Shown: positions 36,025-49,139, numbered from the stretch's first letter. The stretch is 64,000 bases of DNA from Marsupella aquatica (GCA_973895155.1 OZ316892.1:21887619-21951618); one strand, 5' to 3'. A program made the numbers and translations. The notes: generated by a model from the sequence alone, not told the origin.

Positions 36025-37350
36025 ATGGCCTGTGCCGATGCGGGGATGATTGTTGACAGAACTAAGACCGATCACGCAGCTCGTGTGACGCTCGCAGATG
36101 CTTTTGCACACGATCGTGGGGCCTCTCAAGTTGATATTTCCGAAGCAGTAGTTGCGAACTATGCAGTGGCAGACCCACTGGTGCAGAGCACGACACCAGC
36201 CTCAATACTTTCATCCGGTTTGAGTGGCGACGGGAAGCATACCCTTGCGCAGCTAGTCGCACGGGATAGTATCGCCGAGGACCAAGCTTTTAGCGAAGAA
36301 TTGCTCCCTCCGACAGAAACAGCAGACATTGCAATGGCAGAAACACACGGGACAATTTACCCTGAGGATGTAGATGCAGACACTGCTTCGGTAGCAGAAC
36401 CACAGGGGCAGAGCATGAGATCCGGTAAGAAGGGCGACGGGAAGTCTACCAGTCTTGCGGAGCTGCTTGCAGTGCACAGAAACAACGCCGGGAACCGAAA
36501 TCCAAGCGCAGAATCATCTCCTGGGACGAAAACCTCCGTGATCTTATTCGGAAGGACAGGCAGCGGGAAGTCCACTCTTGCACAGATGCTCACCTTGGGA
36601 AGGCTCGATGAAATAAACCCCGATTTTGTTCCCAGCTCCGGAATCAGAGGAGAAACCAAGGAGCTCAAGGACGGAGAGGGCAGAGATTGGCGCGTCGTCG
36701 ACACACCGGGTTTCGGAGAGCCGAAGGATCCACATAGCACAGTCTCCTCAGAGGAAGCGGAGAAGAAGATCAAGAAGTACATCCAAATGATCGAGGGGAC
36801 TTACACACATTTCCTCTACACGGTGATGAGGGATCGCATCGACGAGCTCGACAAGAAGCTGTGGAAATTCTTCGTTCGGCTCTTCGGCGACAGCATCAAG
36901 ACCAATTTCTCGGTCGTCATCTCCAATTCTTCCGTGGAATGGGTCGAGCAGAACAGAGAGGATTTGGCGACGAGCTTCAAGGGTTGTGACAGTTTTCTCA
37001 GCGCCGAGTTTCCACCCATCAGGAGCGGCGACGAAGGATGGGAGATGGAGTTAGCGGCGATTCGGGCGGACTCTCTAGAGCAGCTAGAGAACGCGCTCGC
37101 CAAATTAGGCCGAGATCCCGTAGAGTGCGCCATTTGGGGAGGGTTTGTGAGGACGACTGGGGCTTCGCTCAAGCGCATAGTGATGAATATGGCGGATCGG
37201 GCATCTAGCGGCATCTCTGGAGTGTTTAGAAGTATTCTCCAAATTAGCGGGTTGATGGAGAATGGCCGTTTTGTTCTGGAGCCACAAATAGGCTCCAGTT
37301 GTGCTAGAGACAAGGCTTCTTCTGGGGACAAGCCGGAATCCCACTCGTAA
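36025..37350 (+). CDS. P-loop GTPase, AIG1/GIMAP(IAN)-like, with N-terminal extension
   Basis: G1 VILFGRTGSGKSTLAQML, G2 GET, G3 VVDTPGFGE, then FFVRLFG..NFSVVIS. The ORF track starts at TTG 36001, but a pyrimidine tract plus CAG acceptor ends at 36012 and GCCATGG gives ATG 36025. Confidence 0.8.
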   Translation: MACADAGMIVDRTKTDHAARVTLADAFAHDRGASQVDISEAVVANYAVADPLVQSTTPASILSSGLSGDGKHTLAQLVARDSIAEDQAFSEELLPPTETADIAMAETHGTIYPEDVDADTASVAEPQGQSMRSGKKGDGKSTSLAELLAVHRNNAGNRNPSAESSPGTKTSVILFGRTGSGKSTLAQMLTLGRLDEINPDFVPSSGIRGETKELKDGEGRDWRVVDTPGFGEPKDPHSTVSSEEAEKKIKKYIQMIEGTYTHFLYTVMRDRIDELDKKLWKFFVRLFGDSIKTNFSVVISNSSVEWVEQNREDLATSFKGCDSFLSAEFPPIRSGDEGWEMELAAIRADSLEQLENALAKLGRDPVECAIWGGFVRTTGASLKRIVMNMADRASSGISGVFRSILQISGLMENGRFVLEPQIGSSCARDKASSGDKPESHS

Positions 37351-38403
37351 GACCGGGCGTAAGCACTGGAAGGGCTCCCTGTCCATTCCTCCTCAAAGCC
37401 TAATCTAAATAGCAAATCTTATGTTGCAGATAAATTAGACTATGGCTTCACTCTATGGAGTAGGTCATGGAATACTTTGATAGTGAATCATAGTGTATAT
37501 AATATAATATATATAGGTACAATTCCAATGGAGGAATATGGGGTTTCAGAAAGCCTCACACTTGTGGTCTTGTTATTGCCCTAGAGTGTATACCTTCCCG
37601 TTGGCCTTGGCTTGCAATTACTGTGTATAGCTAAGAATTAACAATCATCAATTTTGGATTTCATAGCCATAACTTGGGAAGTAACTGCTATGCAATCTGG
37701 AGCTTTGACACACCGTAGCAGACATTAAGAGCAGCCTTACAGGTGGCGATATGAATTCAACAAATTGTGGCTGATATGGAGTCCTTACCTGGAGATATAC
37801 TCTCCCCCTGATGGCCACATGTACGTGACTAAATTGTGGCTCATATGGTTGGGCCACCAGTTGTGGGTGGTCTCTTTTAGTCTTCCTGTCCTGTCCTTTT
37901 CTGTGGAGCATAGGTGGTTTCATGCCCATGGCTTACAAGTGCCGCTGTTCTCATTGAAATATCTTACTTTGTGGGGAAAAGGAGTGTCCCCGATAATTGG
38001 AACAAAACACTTATACTGGAGTGATGGACAATTTCATTTCTGCAAACATGGCACATTTGGTGTGATGAAACATAGGGTCATTTTATTGAATCTAAGAGAA
38101 TACTTAAAAATTAAATTATAAAAGCATTGGGCCAGTTAAACCTAATTCTGATCTTATCAGAAAAGATAGGGGTTTAAAAATCAATTTTGAGAATTTTCCA
38201 AAAATCTTCCAAATTAAATAGGGGTAAAATAATAGCTCACATTTGTTTTCTTCAATTGTAGGGTCTATGATGAAGTGAATGCACAACGAAGATTGATTCA
38301 CAGGGAGCTTACTAATTAAACAAGTTTTGGGGGCAACTAGAAAAGCTTGTGCACTTTGGGGGTAAACTTAGTAAGAAACAACCGAAAAGAATAAATCACT
38401 TTG

Positions 38404-38427
38404 ATATATATATATATATATATATAT
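38404..38427. repeat. (AT)n microsatellite
   Basis: About 12 AT units seen directly. Confidence 0.9.
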
Positions 38428-39295
38428 TCACTCTTTCCAATGTGTACACTAGTCCTTGAGTTTGCACTCATAATCTTTTTCCTTTATCTTCTTCCTTTTA
38501 TAGAATTGCACTTGCTTTTGTTTCTCCTGGCTTGGTGTTCGTTTCTGGACCTCTTTTTCTTTCCTTTCATTCTACTTTGTTCCTTTCCCTGATTTATTAA
38601 TTTTGGTAGAAAGCACCATTTTGATATATATTTGAAGTACTCAATTTCATTCAACTTTCCTTGTATAGGTAATGGACCTTGTTTTGTAGAGAAGGAAGAT
38701 GTGCTTGGTCAACTGACTAGGGTCAATGAGGCAGCTGTCATCTATCCTGCTGGTGGCGTCACTCTGAAGCTATGTTTAGGAACCTGCAACCTCTTGAGAG
38801 ACTGAATTGGGAGACTTCCACAAGTGTTTCGAGGGACATGCCGTGATGCAACTCCGGTCACAATTGGTGGATGTCCCACCGAATTTGATCTTCTTTTGGA
38901 ATTGAATGACTGGTGTTCTGAGACGCAAATCCCAATAGCTCAATTGGGAGGCAACCCACAAACAAAATTGGATCTCATCGTCTTGCTAGCCCACTGTCGT
39001 CACTTAGATTTTGAAAACTTAGATTCTCATGGGCTAAGACGAGAGATCTCACTGTCCATGATTCAAGAGACGAAAGAATGTTGCACATAGACTATGGTTT
39101 GTTGAGGCGAGGATTGAGCTGGAGCTGCGCTGGGACTCAGTGTGAAGCGAAGATGGCAATCGATCAAAGAAAGTCGGAGACTGTGCTCGAGAAGTCGTTG
39201 AAATTGAGCCGAGTTTGATGTGGTCTGGGAGGATAATGATGCGGAAAACGAGGGATGAGTGATGTTTTTGGCCGCAGGAATTGAGAGCAGGAAAG

Positions 39296-42200
39296 ATGCT
39301 GAGCTTTCATGAGCAGATTGTCGGAGAAGTGGTGGAGGAGGATGGGCTCGTAGTCATGGGAGTTGGGCTAGGGTTGCCTAAGGTGTTGGCAGCGGTCCTG
39401 CTTCTGCACGCACCTGCCGATGGCCTGGTTCTCATCCTCTCTACCTCCGACTCTCAGCGCCAATACATACGAGAAGAGCTTCAAGCAATGGATCCAAGCG
39501 CCACGCCCATTGTGGAGATTAATAATGAATTTACAAGTGCGGAAAGAATTACGTTCTACTTGAAAGGCGGTGCGTACGTAATCACCTCACGGATTCTTAT
39601 CGTCGACTTGCTCAATGAGCGAGTCCCGCTTCAAAACATTGCCGGAATGATCGTCACAAACGCCCACAGGATCACAGAAACGTGCGCGGAGGCCTTCATT
39701 TTGCGGCTCTACCGGCAGTCGAATAGAAAAGGTTTTGTGAGGGCTTTCACAGATCGGCCTCAGGCGATGGTTGCTGGATTTTCGAAGACAGAGAGAATTA
39801 TGAAGAGTTTGTTCGTTAGACGGTTGTGTCTCTGGCCCCGGTTTCAACTCTCTGTGAGTTCCACCTTGGAGGAGAATCCTCCTGAGGTTGTTGATATTCG
39901 GATGCCTCTGACGGCCGCCATGGAAGGGATCCAGGTGGCCATACTTGAGGTCATGGATGGGTGTTTGAAGGAGCTTCGGAAGACCAATAAAATTGATGTT
40001 GAGGAATTGACAGTCGAGAATGGTCTGTTCAAGTCATTTGATGAGATCATCAGGCGGCAGTTGGATCCAATTTGGCACACTGTGGGCAGAAAAACTAAAC
40101 AGCTGGTGGGTGACTTGAATACTCTTCGGACGCTTGCCGAGTACCTTCTTCGGTACGATGCCGTCACTTTTCTGAAATATCTCGATACTTTACGCATATC
40201 TGAGAGTGCGAGGTCTGTCTGGATTTATGCTGGTCCCACCCACCGGATTTTTGACCTTGCGAAAAGGAGAGTGTATCGAATTATGAGGGTTGATGCCAAG
40301 GGCAACCCGATAGGAGGAGCTTCGGCAAAATCATCCCGCGGAGGACTCTCAAAGCGGAAATTTCTACCGGAGTCCAAGCCTGTCGTGGGGTTTGGAGTTT
40401 TGAATGGGATTTATGAGCAAGGACAGAAGAGGGCGAAAACAGAGTCCGAGGTAGTGGACTTAATCGGAGATGAGGCGCTCAAGGAAACTAATAGCAACAC
40501 GGAGACTGGAAACGAACAAGAGAATGGTGCCAGTGCAAGTAGCGTTGGAGGAGAGGCCCAGGGAGTTGAGCTGGAAGTGGTTGTGGAAGAAATGCCGAAA
40601 TGGAGAATTTTGCGGGTAAGGGTTTTTGTTTCTATATATTCTGAGTTGTTTTCCAGTATTGAAATGTAATCGAGAAGGGGTCTGTCAATTTGGCGACAGA
40701 TCCCGGTGATGTGGTACCTTTTAGACTTGTCTTCAGAGATTTCGTGTCTCGTAGTTTCTGATTGTGATTAAGTAGAATCTCTGGAACTGAAAAGCATCTC
40801 GTCTGTAGAAGATGGAAAGGATTGCCGTAGCGTTTAGCACGTCGGAAATTGCTGAGAACTACACTTTCATTTTCTCTGATCTTCACGAGAGCTTGAATGA
40901 CTGCTCGCTGCACACCTCTTGGACTGCAAGGGTGAGGCAGGATTTGTAGTTGCATCACCTGGTTTTTTACCGTCCTGGAGGTGATTAATACACTCATGAG
41001 CTCTGGAACTGAAAAGCATCTCGTCTGTAGAAGATCGAAAGGATTGCCGTAGCGTTTACCACGTCTGAAAGTGCTGAGAACTACACTTTCATTTTCTCTG
41101 GTCTTCACGAGAGCTTGAATGACTGCTCGCTGCACACCTCTTGGACTGCAAGGGTGAGGCAGGATTTGTAGTTGCATCACCTGGTTTTTTACCGTCCTGG
41201 AGGTGATTAATACACTCATGAGCTGCTCAATAGAAAAACATTGCGTTTCGTAAGATCGAAGTACAGTAAATTATTTAAAAGCTCTGGACTCACTTTCTAA
41301 ACAAGTACTTGATCCCTCAGTGCTAGCAATCTTTATAAGATGTAAAGTGTCAATCATTTCATAAACTAATCACTTTGACAACCACTTACAAGAACGACAA
41401 CTGAAAAGCGCTGCGATCTTAAATGATGTGAGCCTCGACTGGAGTTGAATAAAACTTCTGGCAGTGGTAGGTTTTGCCTAAAACCCATTTCCATATCGAA
41501 CAAATGAATGTGTGTCGCTTTTCTGGTTGTGATATGCGTATCTGGGATTGTATATGCGCAGGAAGTGCTAGAGGAAATTGAAGAGGAACGAGTAAAGGCA
41601 AGCCGAGATGCAGTAAATGAGAGCACTTCTCAGGATGCCTGGGGTGAAGGTGGTGGGGCAGTACTAGTTGCCTGTAAGGATGAGCGCACTTGTGTCCAGC
41701 TCCAAGGTGTCATCACCAAAGGTCCAGAGAGGGTACAGCGACCCTAAACCATCTAGGGACTGACGAAAGATAGAGACGCTTTAGTAGTCTGGTCAAATGT
41801 ATCTGAAGCGAGTAAAACATCCGCCTCTTCAAGAAATACACCTATCCAACTATTTGGTTTTCCATACCGTGGTTTTATCCATATATCTGCTCCTTGTACT
41901 TACGGAAGTTGATTTCAAATCCTTATGTCGTTTGGAGCTTCCACGGAAGACTCCTGACTCGTGTGCCTGACTACTTTCTCTATTGAAATTTGCAGCTCAT
42001 GCGAGAGGAATGGAATAATTATCTACTGGGAAAGGCAGAGCTGCAACGAATTCGCTTGCGTGGGAGAAAAAAGGTCCAACGTGCTGTGAAAGGTGTTGGT
42101 GTCTATAACGGGGTGGTTCACAGCACAGTAGAAGTAAGAGATTCCTCTAATAATGCTCAAAAAGAAGAGCAGGATGCACTTATGGCAGCTGCAGCCCAGC

Positions 42201-44665
42201 TTTCAGCACAAGAAAGAGAGGTAATCGGTATTACTGACCACGTGTTCTCTGGCAAGGGCGTGGGAGCTCGAGGGCAAGTAAGAGGAAGAGGACGGGGAAG
42301 AGGGAGAGGGAGAGGCAATGCCAACCAGGCTCATGATGGGCTTAGCAAAACAAGACGAGGAAAGGGTGCAGTGCAGGTATCTGCAGAATTCGAAACTGGG
42401 GTTGTTGAAGGTCAATTTCAGGGAATGAAAATAGCGGAGGGAGCTGAGTTGGAACAAAACATTTATTCTGGGAAGGTTAATGCCATACAAGAAAGGGATG
42501 TTCATGCTAAATCAGTCGAAGATACTCGGGAAGGGGAGGCCCCGTCGATGAAGCCTGTTCCTCCTGCGCACTTCTATGCTCTGGAGAGTGAACAGAGAAT
42601 TCTCGATTTGATCAAACCTCAATATGTGATTGTGTATGATCCTGATATGGGTTTCGTACGAGAGTTGGAGGTCTTCAAAGCTCAATATCCATTACAGACA
42701 TTAAAAGTTTACTTTCTAATCTACGAAGACTCCACTGAAGCTCGAAAGTTTGAGGCCAGTATCCGAAGAGAGAACACATCATTTGAGTCTCTTATACGAC
42801 AAAAGGCATCGATGATGATCCCTGTTGATCAGGTGTTGTTCTATTGTTCTTCTAAGTATGTTCTTGTGTTTATATACTTTTGGGAGCATGCCTCCCGTCT
42901 CACCTCGCAAAATTAGGAGGCGCCAGTTGATCACCTCAGAGTTGCCTTGGTATCCGTATTGATCAAAATATTATCTTGAACGTTTGTCCTTGGCAGGAGG
43001 TTTTAACAAATTTTGCCTCCACTAATTTGCGAAGCAAAAATGTGGCGCGGTTTTGCTAAACGTGTCTTAGAGATATAAATTTAACCTTACATGTGGGTTT
43101 TTCAGGATGGACGTATGCTCGATATAACCCCGTCTCCTCAATCAGCTACTGGGGTGGCACTGAATACCAGGAAGGCAGGTGGAAGAAAAGCCGCTGAGAA
43201 GCAATTGCAGGTTGGTCCCCGTTAAGTACACCGTCTGAATACAAATGCCAGAAAGTTTGATTGTTCACCAGGCTAGTCGGAGGAGTTTTGACAGAAAGCG
43301 CAAGTGCGGGTAGTGGTATAATGCAGAGCAGGTTATTGAGTGTTTACAGGTTAGATATTGATTAAGCATGGTATGAAGTGGAATACGACAAGGAATCCAG
43401 AATAATTGCTTGACTTCGGGTCTTTGTTCCTGGACATCATACAGCTATACAAACTGTGCTCACATCAATAAAGTAGAGGTGTCCGTAATTCATTTTCTGT
43501 GCTTACTATTGTAATTTCGGAACCTACAGGTAATTGTTGATATGAGGGAGTTCAATAGTAGTCTACCATGTGTACTTCATCAGCAGGGTATGCGAATAAT
43601 ACCTGTGACTCTGGAGGTTGGAGACTACATCTTATCACCTGATATATGCGTAGAGCGGAAGAGCATTTCTGACATGTACTCAAGTTTTGCGTCAGGCCGC
43701 CTCTATCACCAGGCTGAAACCATGACACGATATTATCGCCTGCCAGTGCTTCTGATTGAGTTCTCTCAAGATAAGAGCTTCTCTTTGCAGGTAAGATCCT
43801 TAGCACTTTCCTCTGCAGGTTTAGTTGTTCAGGGTCTATAAACAACTCAAGGATAGTCTTCGATGCAGTTGTGAACCCAGATAACAATGTCTGGGCTTTA
43901 GTTCAAAATAACGTTTACCCACCTATACGACCTGCCCTCCTTGTGAGCCGAATAATCTGTATTTTCTTGCAGAGTTACTTGAAGCAGTGTCTACTGTGTC
44001 CATGGTTTGAACTTGAAATGATAAACAATTTGTCAGGATTTGTTTGCAGAATGGTCTCGGTTTTGTAGATCAATAATTTACTTGCTTTTCTGTTGACTTC
44101 TGTGCAGTCGGCCAGTGATGTGGGTGAGGACATCATGCAAGCGAACATTATATCCAAGTTATCTCTCCTAGTTCTCCACTTTCCTCGACTACGCATTGTT
44201 TGGTCCCGAAGCCTACATGCAACAGCTGATATTTTTGCATCACTTAAAGCTAATCAAGATGAGCCTGACGTGGAGAAAGCTATGCGGGTTGGTGTGCCCA
44301 CCGAAGATGGCCTCATAGAGGGTGACATGAGGCACGTAAACTTCTTGGACATTTGTTTCTTGCTTGGTTATGTTCTGAAAAATCTCCAATTTGAATATTC
44401 TATCGTTTCCGATTACTTGGACAAGGAATTCATAGATATCTTTATCTGCCTTGACAGAGCGGAGAACTATAATACAAGCGCCGTTGAGTTTCTCCGACGA
44501 CTTCCTGGTGTTACTGATGCCAACTACCGGACGATAATGGATGGATGCAAGAGCTTAGCAGATTTGGCGTTGATGCCTGTTGAGCAATTGGCTACCATAA
44601 TGGGCGGTCAACGTCCAGCCCGCATGCTGCGAGAATTCCTGGATGCCAAATGTCCAGTGTTGTAA
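39296..44665 (+). CDS. UVH1: DNA repair endonuclease XPF/RAD1/ERCC4 (UVH1), 7 exons
   Basis: Exons 39296-40615, 41562-41732, 41996-42832, 43106-43210, 43530-43790, 44108-44331 and 44458-44665. Motifs [27 protein letters not shown]4 nuclease [23 protein letters not shown] and Hh[10 protein letters not shown]. Confidence 0.96.
40779..41224. repeat. 222-bp tandem duplication (2 copies) in UVH1 intron 1
   Basis: CTCTGGAACTGAAAAGCATCTCGTCTGTAGAAGAT at 40779 and 41001; the copies differ by a few substitutions. Confidence 0.95.
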
Positions 44666-45348
44666 ATTTCAGTCTGGGACTTGAGGTATTTTCAGGGCCC
44701 TTTATACAAGAAGCTCCAGAAAGGAGTGAATTTAACAGATATACAAATCAAGTGCTTCATGGTTACTAAAAAGTGTACCATACAGAGCATAGGTTTAGGA
44801 TTCAATTGCTTACTTCCCGGCTCAATTGTTGAGCAGCTTGGGATACTTGAAATTATTTAAGGCAAAGCCTAAATTAATTCACGCACATGGTTTCGTGCAA
44901 TAAAGAGCTGTGTGACGCCATTTGTGGATTTTTCAAAATGATCGAAGTGTTTCTGACATTAAGCAACTCGAATGGAATTGTCTGATTCCACATGTCAATT
45001 TCTTCAACAGACTTCATCTGATGCACGTTGTCGAATTTCCTCACTATCTCTGCACTGCAAGTAACCTCTAATGTTTTCTATGAGGTTACGAGGACTACAT
45101 TACTCTTTGCTTCTGCTCACTATGTTCTCCGCAAAAAAGGATTGGATTTGCATCATCCTTACTTTTATGAAATTATAAATGAGAATCATCAGTGCTTAAA
45201 AACATCTCCAATAGAATTTTAGGAATACAAGTAATTTGCTATCGACTCCAGCATCCCTCTTTGACGGAGTCTTGCTAGATTGCTTTCAGATTACAGTTCT
45301 ATATTGATAAGGTCTATACATTAAGTAAAGGCATGCATTGAACGTCCA

Positions 45349-48300
45349 TTAATTGGCCACTACTTCGCTGACAAAAAGGTTCCCAGATTCTGACCACCCC
45401 GCCAACACATCTGCTCCCGTGCACTGCCACATATGTGCAAAAGGTTTACGGAAATGTTGATCAGAGGTAGCATGCAGAAAGGCAACGACCGAAACAATAA
45501 TTAATCCTCGTTCCGACATTAAGTTCTAGATGAATAACACTCAAGCCGAAACTAAAGTTCTGTGTAAGAAGTTTTGAATTCTATCCAAATGGCAAGGAAA
45601 CTCACTTTGTCAACACCAAGCCACCGTGAATCACCGCGGAAACCAAAGCACCGCCCCATATCTCCCGCGGAACTCTGAGCCCAACGTCCACAAATCACCT
45701 GTCCACGACCCAAATTTTAAAACTAATAGAATTTTGACCAAAAGTAAATACTTGGCAGGGTCTCATCTACCCAACAACTAACGCCATCAATTCACAAAAG
45801 ACTGGGAAGTAAACACTGACCTCATAATCTAGACCATGCACGTATATAAGGTTTGGGTCAAGTGCAGAAAATGCCAATCCAGAAATCTGCAAAGTTCAGC
45901 TGTGTCACCGAGTGATCGCCGAAAAATGCAAGCTAACACCAACTTGAAACCATTCCAGAGTTCCATATTCCCACAACCAAAACAAAGTCATCTTCCTGAG
46001 TATCACATATAATGGAAACGAGAAGTTCCTTAAGTTCTCCGGGAAAAGTATTGGGTTTGATATATCCGGTAAATTCTGCCAATATCGATTGCAAAATACT
46101 TTCCAGCTGAGACCCCATAGCATATTTCAAACACGGCGCAAAGCTACCTATACGTATCAAATATACAGGTACCTCGTATTTTGTGCAGCCAGTCCATCGT
46201 GAGAGTGCTGACCATCTGCGAAGGGAAATTCCCATATTGAATGTATGATTAATCTTTGACGACAGCCAGCCTTGCCCTTGAGGGTTAATTCTCATGCGTT
46301 GATTAGGAAGAGACGTCCACTTGCTATGTTATCGAGGCTAAAAATTTGGCCAAAGTCTGTCTCTAAAGGCTGAATTAGCTTGCCCCGTAAAAATGCACGG
46401 CCGAAGAACTTACTTCAGTGGATCAAACACAAGAGCTGTACGTTCAGCACCACCGGTTGCCAGCAACCCAGTTGGCGAACTGCAGACAGCATACAGAGAA
46501 CCTCCAGAATATGCGCCAAGAATTCGCTGGACAAAACCACCCTTTTCACTTGCCCTCAAGTCCCAGATGCTTACCTGTTGTCAACCGACGTCAGACAACT
46601 TCCCCAATTAAGCTTTGTACTCAATGTCCAGAATAGTTTATGCAGCTACATACAGTTCAGCCCTGGAAACCGTTCCTGGACAATATGTGACAGCCAAAAT
46701 TTGATGCTTTTCTCCGCAGGTCACTTCACATCAATAGCAGCAATCAACCAGGGAGGACAACTCAAAACATCGTTGTCTCAGATACCTGTGACCCCTCTGC
46801 AACAGCTACTGTAGATGAGCTACTGCTTCCAAAGTATGGTCCACTGAGAAATGTTAAAGCAGATGGGTGCTGCAGACTGCAAGATACAGTCCGAATCAAT
46901 TTCCAAGACAAGGATCAGTCAGGAAAACGCTATGACCGACTGAGTAACCCATCATAAGAAAAGTACTTCAGGGGCGCTCTGATGAGCATCCCTTTACAGT
47001 GAGTATGTTTAATTTGATGGTAACTGGAGGAACTCAGTAAAACGACTGCATGTCATAATGTAACAAACAAAAACTCTAAGTTTGTTTGCCAGGGAGGGAT
47101 AGGAGAGCACACAGGCACCAGATATCGATGTTTAACCCGTATCTGACACAATGTATGTTTGACACTAAACCAGCCACTGGAGGAATTACAGCACGCCACA
47201 CGAAAAGAATTCACTTAAGCACAACAGTATGCGAAACTTTCCTGGTAATAATGAGCTTACCGACTTACGTGCGTAGGGTGCGAACATTAATGTCTCCATC
47301 ATAGATGTCAATGCTCTTGGCCAAACCCCTTGCAACCACTACCTGCACAATTGTCAGCCTGACATCATGCTTCTGGGATTATGTATTGAATTTGGACGAT
47401 TATCATGACTAGGTTTTTGATTATAAGTATTGGGTATACAAGACTGACGGTAATCTTGAAATTCAATTAGCTCGGGAAACAAACACGAGGAGAGAAAGTC
47501 CAGAGAAATTACTAAGGAAGGTTGGTTTAGAGAAAATGCCAAGCCTGCCCAGCCACCTTCCCCAATTCCCCCATCTCTGGGATTGGCAGTGTAAAGTGGA
47601 GCACCTACAAGTAAAATGACAATTCTAGTTCGTCAGCAATCAGAGCAAAGAAAGCAGTGTTATATCCATCCTGCTGCATCATTTCTAAGTTTATTTTCAA
47701 GCATGTTTATTTTCAAGCATGTCAGGAGAACTTCGGTGGACAACGGAAGACAGCCATCTTAGCTTGTGACTGAATTGGAAGGAAAGCTGATACGGAAGCA
47801 AACGCTGGTATTACTGAACTGCACAGGAGCAAAGACTTCGTTGCTGACATAAAAATTGAAAATGTTTACCATTGTCGACATCGTCCAGACACACCACGAG
47901 CCGCCCATAAGAATCGACAGAGCCTACTAGAAGTCCTTCATCATCTGCCAGATTCACAAACAATTTCAACACTTCTCCAGATGGCCAAAAACCATAGAAA
48001 AGCAGGCCAAGATGAAGTAAGTGAAGTACTTACTGTGAGACACAGAAACCGCTACACTCTGAATTTCTGCGTGATGAGGGCAATGATCTAACCAACAGGC
48101 ATCAGATACCTGTGAAATAGAAAGCCACATGGGTACTTGAGAATTGAAAGGGCGAAGAACCCCCAAACATCGCAATACTATCACGCTAAAGGATGACGTT
48201 TATTCCACCGTGAGGTCCCATACGCAGTTTAAAGGGCGATAATCTAAACAAGAATATTCCACTCCGGTAAAAGAAACGACCAAACAGAGAGCGTTCAAGG

Positions 48301-49139
48301 CCTCCAGAAAGGGGCACGGACAGACTGATTGGGAAAACTATTAAACGTTTCAAACAGACGCGATGCGCGGAATGTATTTTAAAAACTTACTTGAGCGTCT
48401 TCCGGGATAATCAGTTTTTCCTTTCCTTCCACAATAGTGTGTTCTTGCAACTCCACCTAGAGGGACACAAGCCCAAAAAAGATCTCAATGGCATTCTAGG
48501 GACTATCATAGTGAACCACATGTAGAGGTCATGGACTAATAATCCGCATTCTATAAAAGTCCAGCTTGATCAAGAGTATATTCTTAACATGAGTAAGACT
48601 GGACTTCATGTCCTTCAAATATTGCTAGGAAACCTTTGACCACTAACCAGCTATTTCCAAAGAAAACAAAAAGCAAGTGCAGATCCCCAACATAATTGCC
48701 TTCATTCTGGATCCAGAACCCTCCCCACAAACAGTCAGCTTCATATCAAAAAGAGCCATATGCGAATGCCACAACCCGATTCCGCAATTCAAATCCTAGC
48801 GTTCTGACCTTTAGCTGATACAGACGAGAGCCGGAGCCCAACAAAATTTTGCAGTACTTCCCATCTGCAGTCACCTGCGCCACCAAAACATAATCAACGG
48901 TGTTAAGGCAGCTGCTGCAGTAACCAAACTGAAGAAATAGCGAGGAAATGGATTCCAGAGAAGCGTCAATACTGCATTGTACTGTCCATAGATTCTGAGA
49001 GGAAGAAGTGTGAACCATTGATTGACAGTACAGTACTTACCACAGCAGCAACGCGGTGAGAGTGGGAGGATGCCGGAGATGGAACTGGCAGCAGCGACTT
49101 GGGCACCGATGCTCGCCGCATAACTTTGACTCTCACCAT
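45349..49139 (-). CDS. Conserved plant WD40/transducin-like repeat protein, 13 short exons
   Basis: GT-AG exons with consistent phase: 49139-49041, 48874-48809, 48456-48391, 48109-48034, 47944-47870, 47604-47513, 47342-47269, 46876-46786, 46574-46414, 46215-46173, 45886-45821, 45698-45606, 45423-45349. The spliced protein has CPHHAEIQSV, GSVDSYG, GIGEGGWAGLAFS, KSIDIYD, IWDLR, WSALSRWTGCTKYE, FRGDSRWLG and DVLAGWSESG, matching a recalled uncharacterised plant WD40 family. Confidence 0.9.

Noticed and set aside
36816-37415. 199-aa minus-strand ORF
   Set aside because: Antisense shadow of the GC-rich GTPase coding sequence.
40632-41219. 195-aa minus-strand ORF with an internal repeat
   Set aside because: By-product of the 222-bp intronic duplication; no protein motif.
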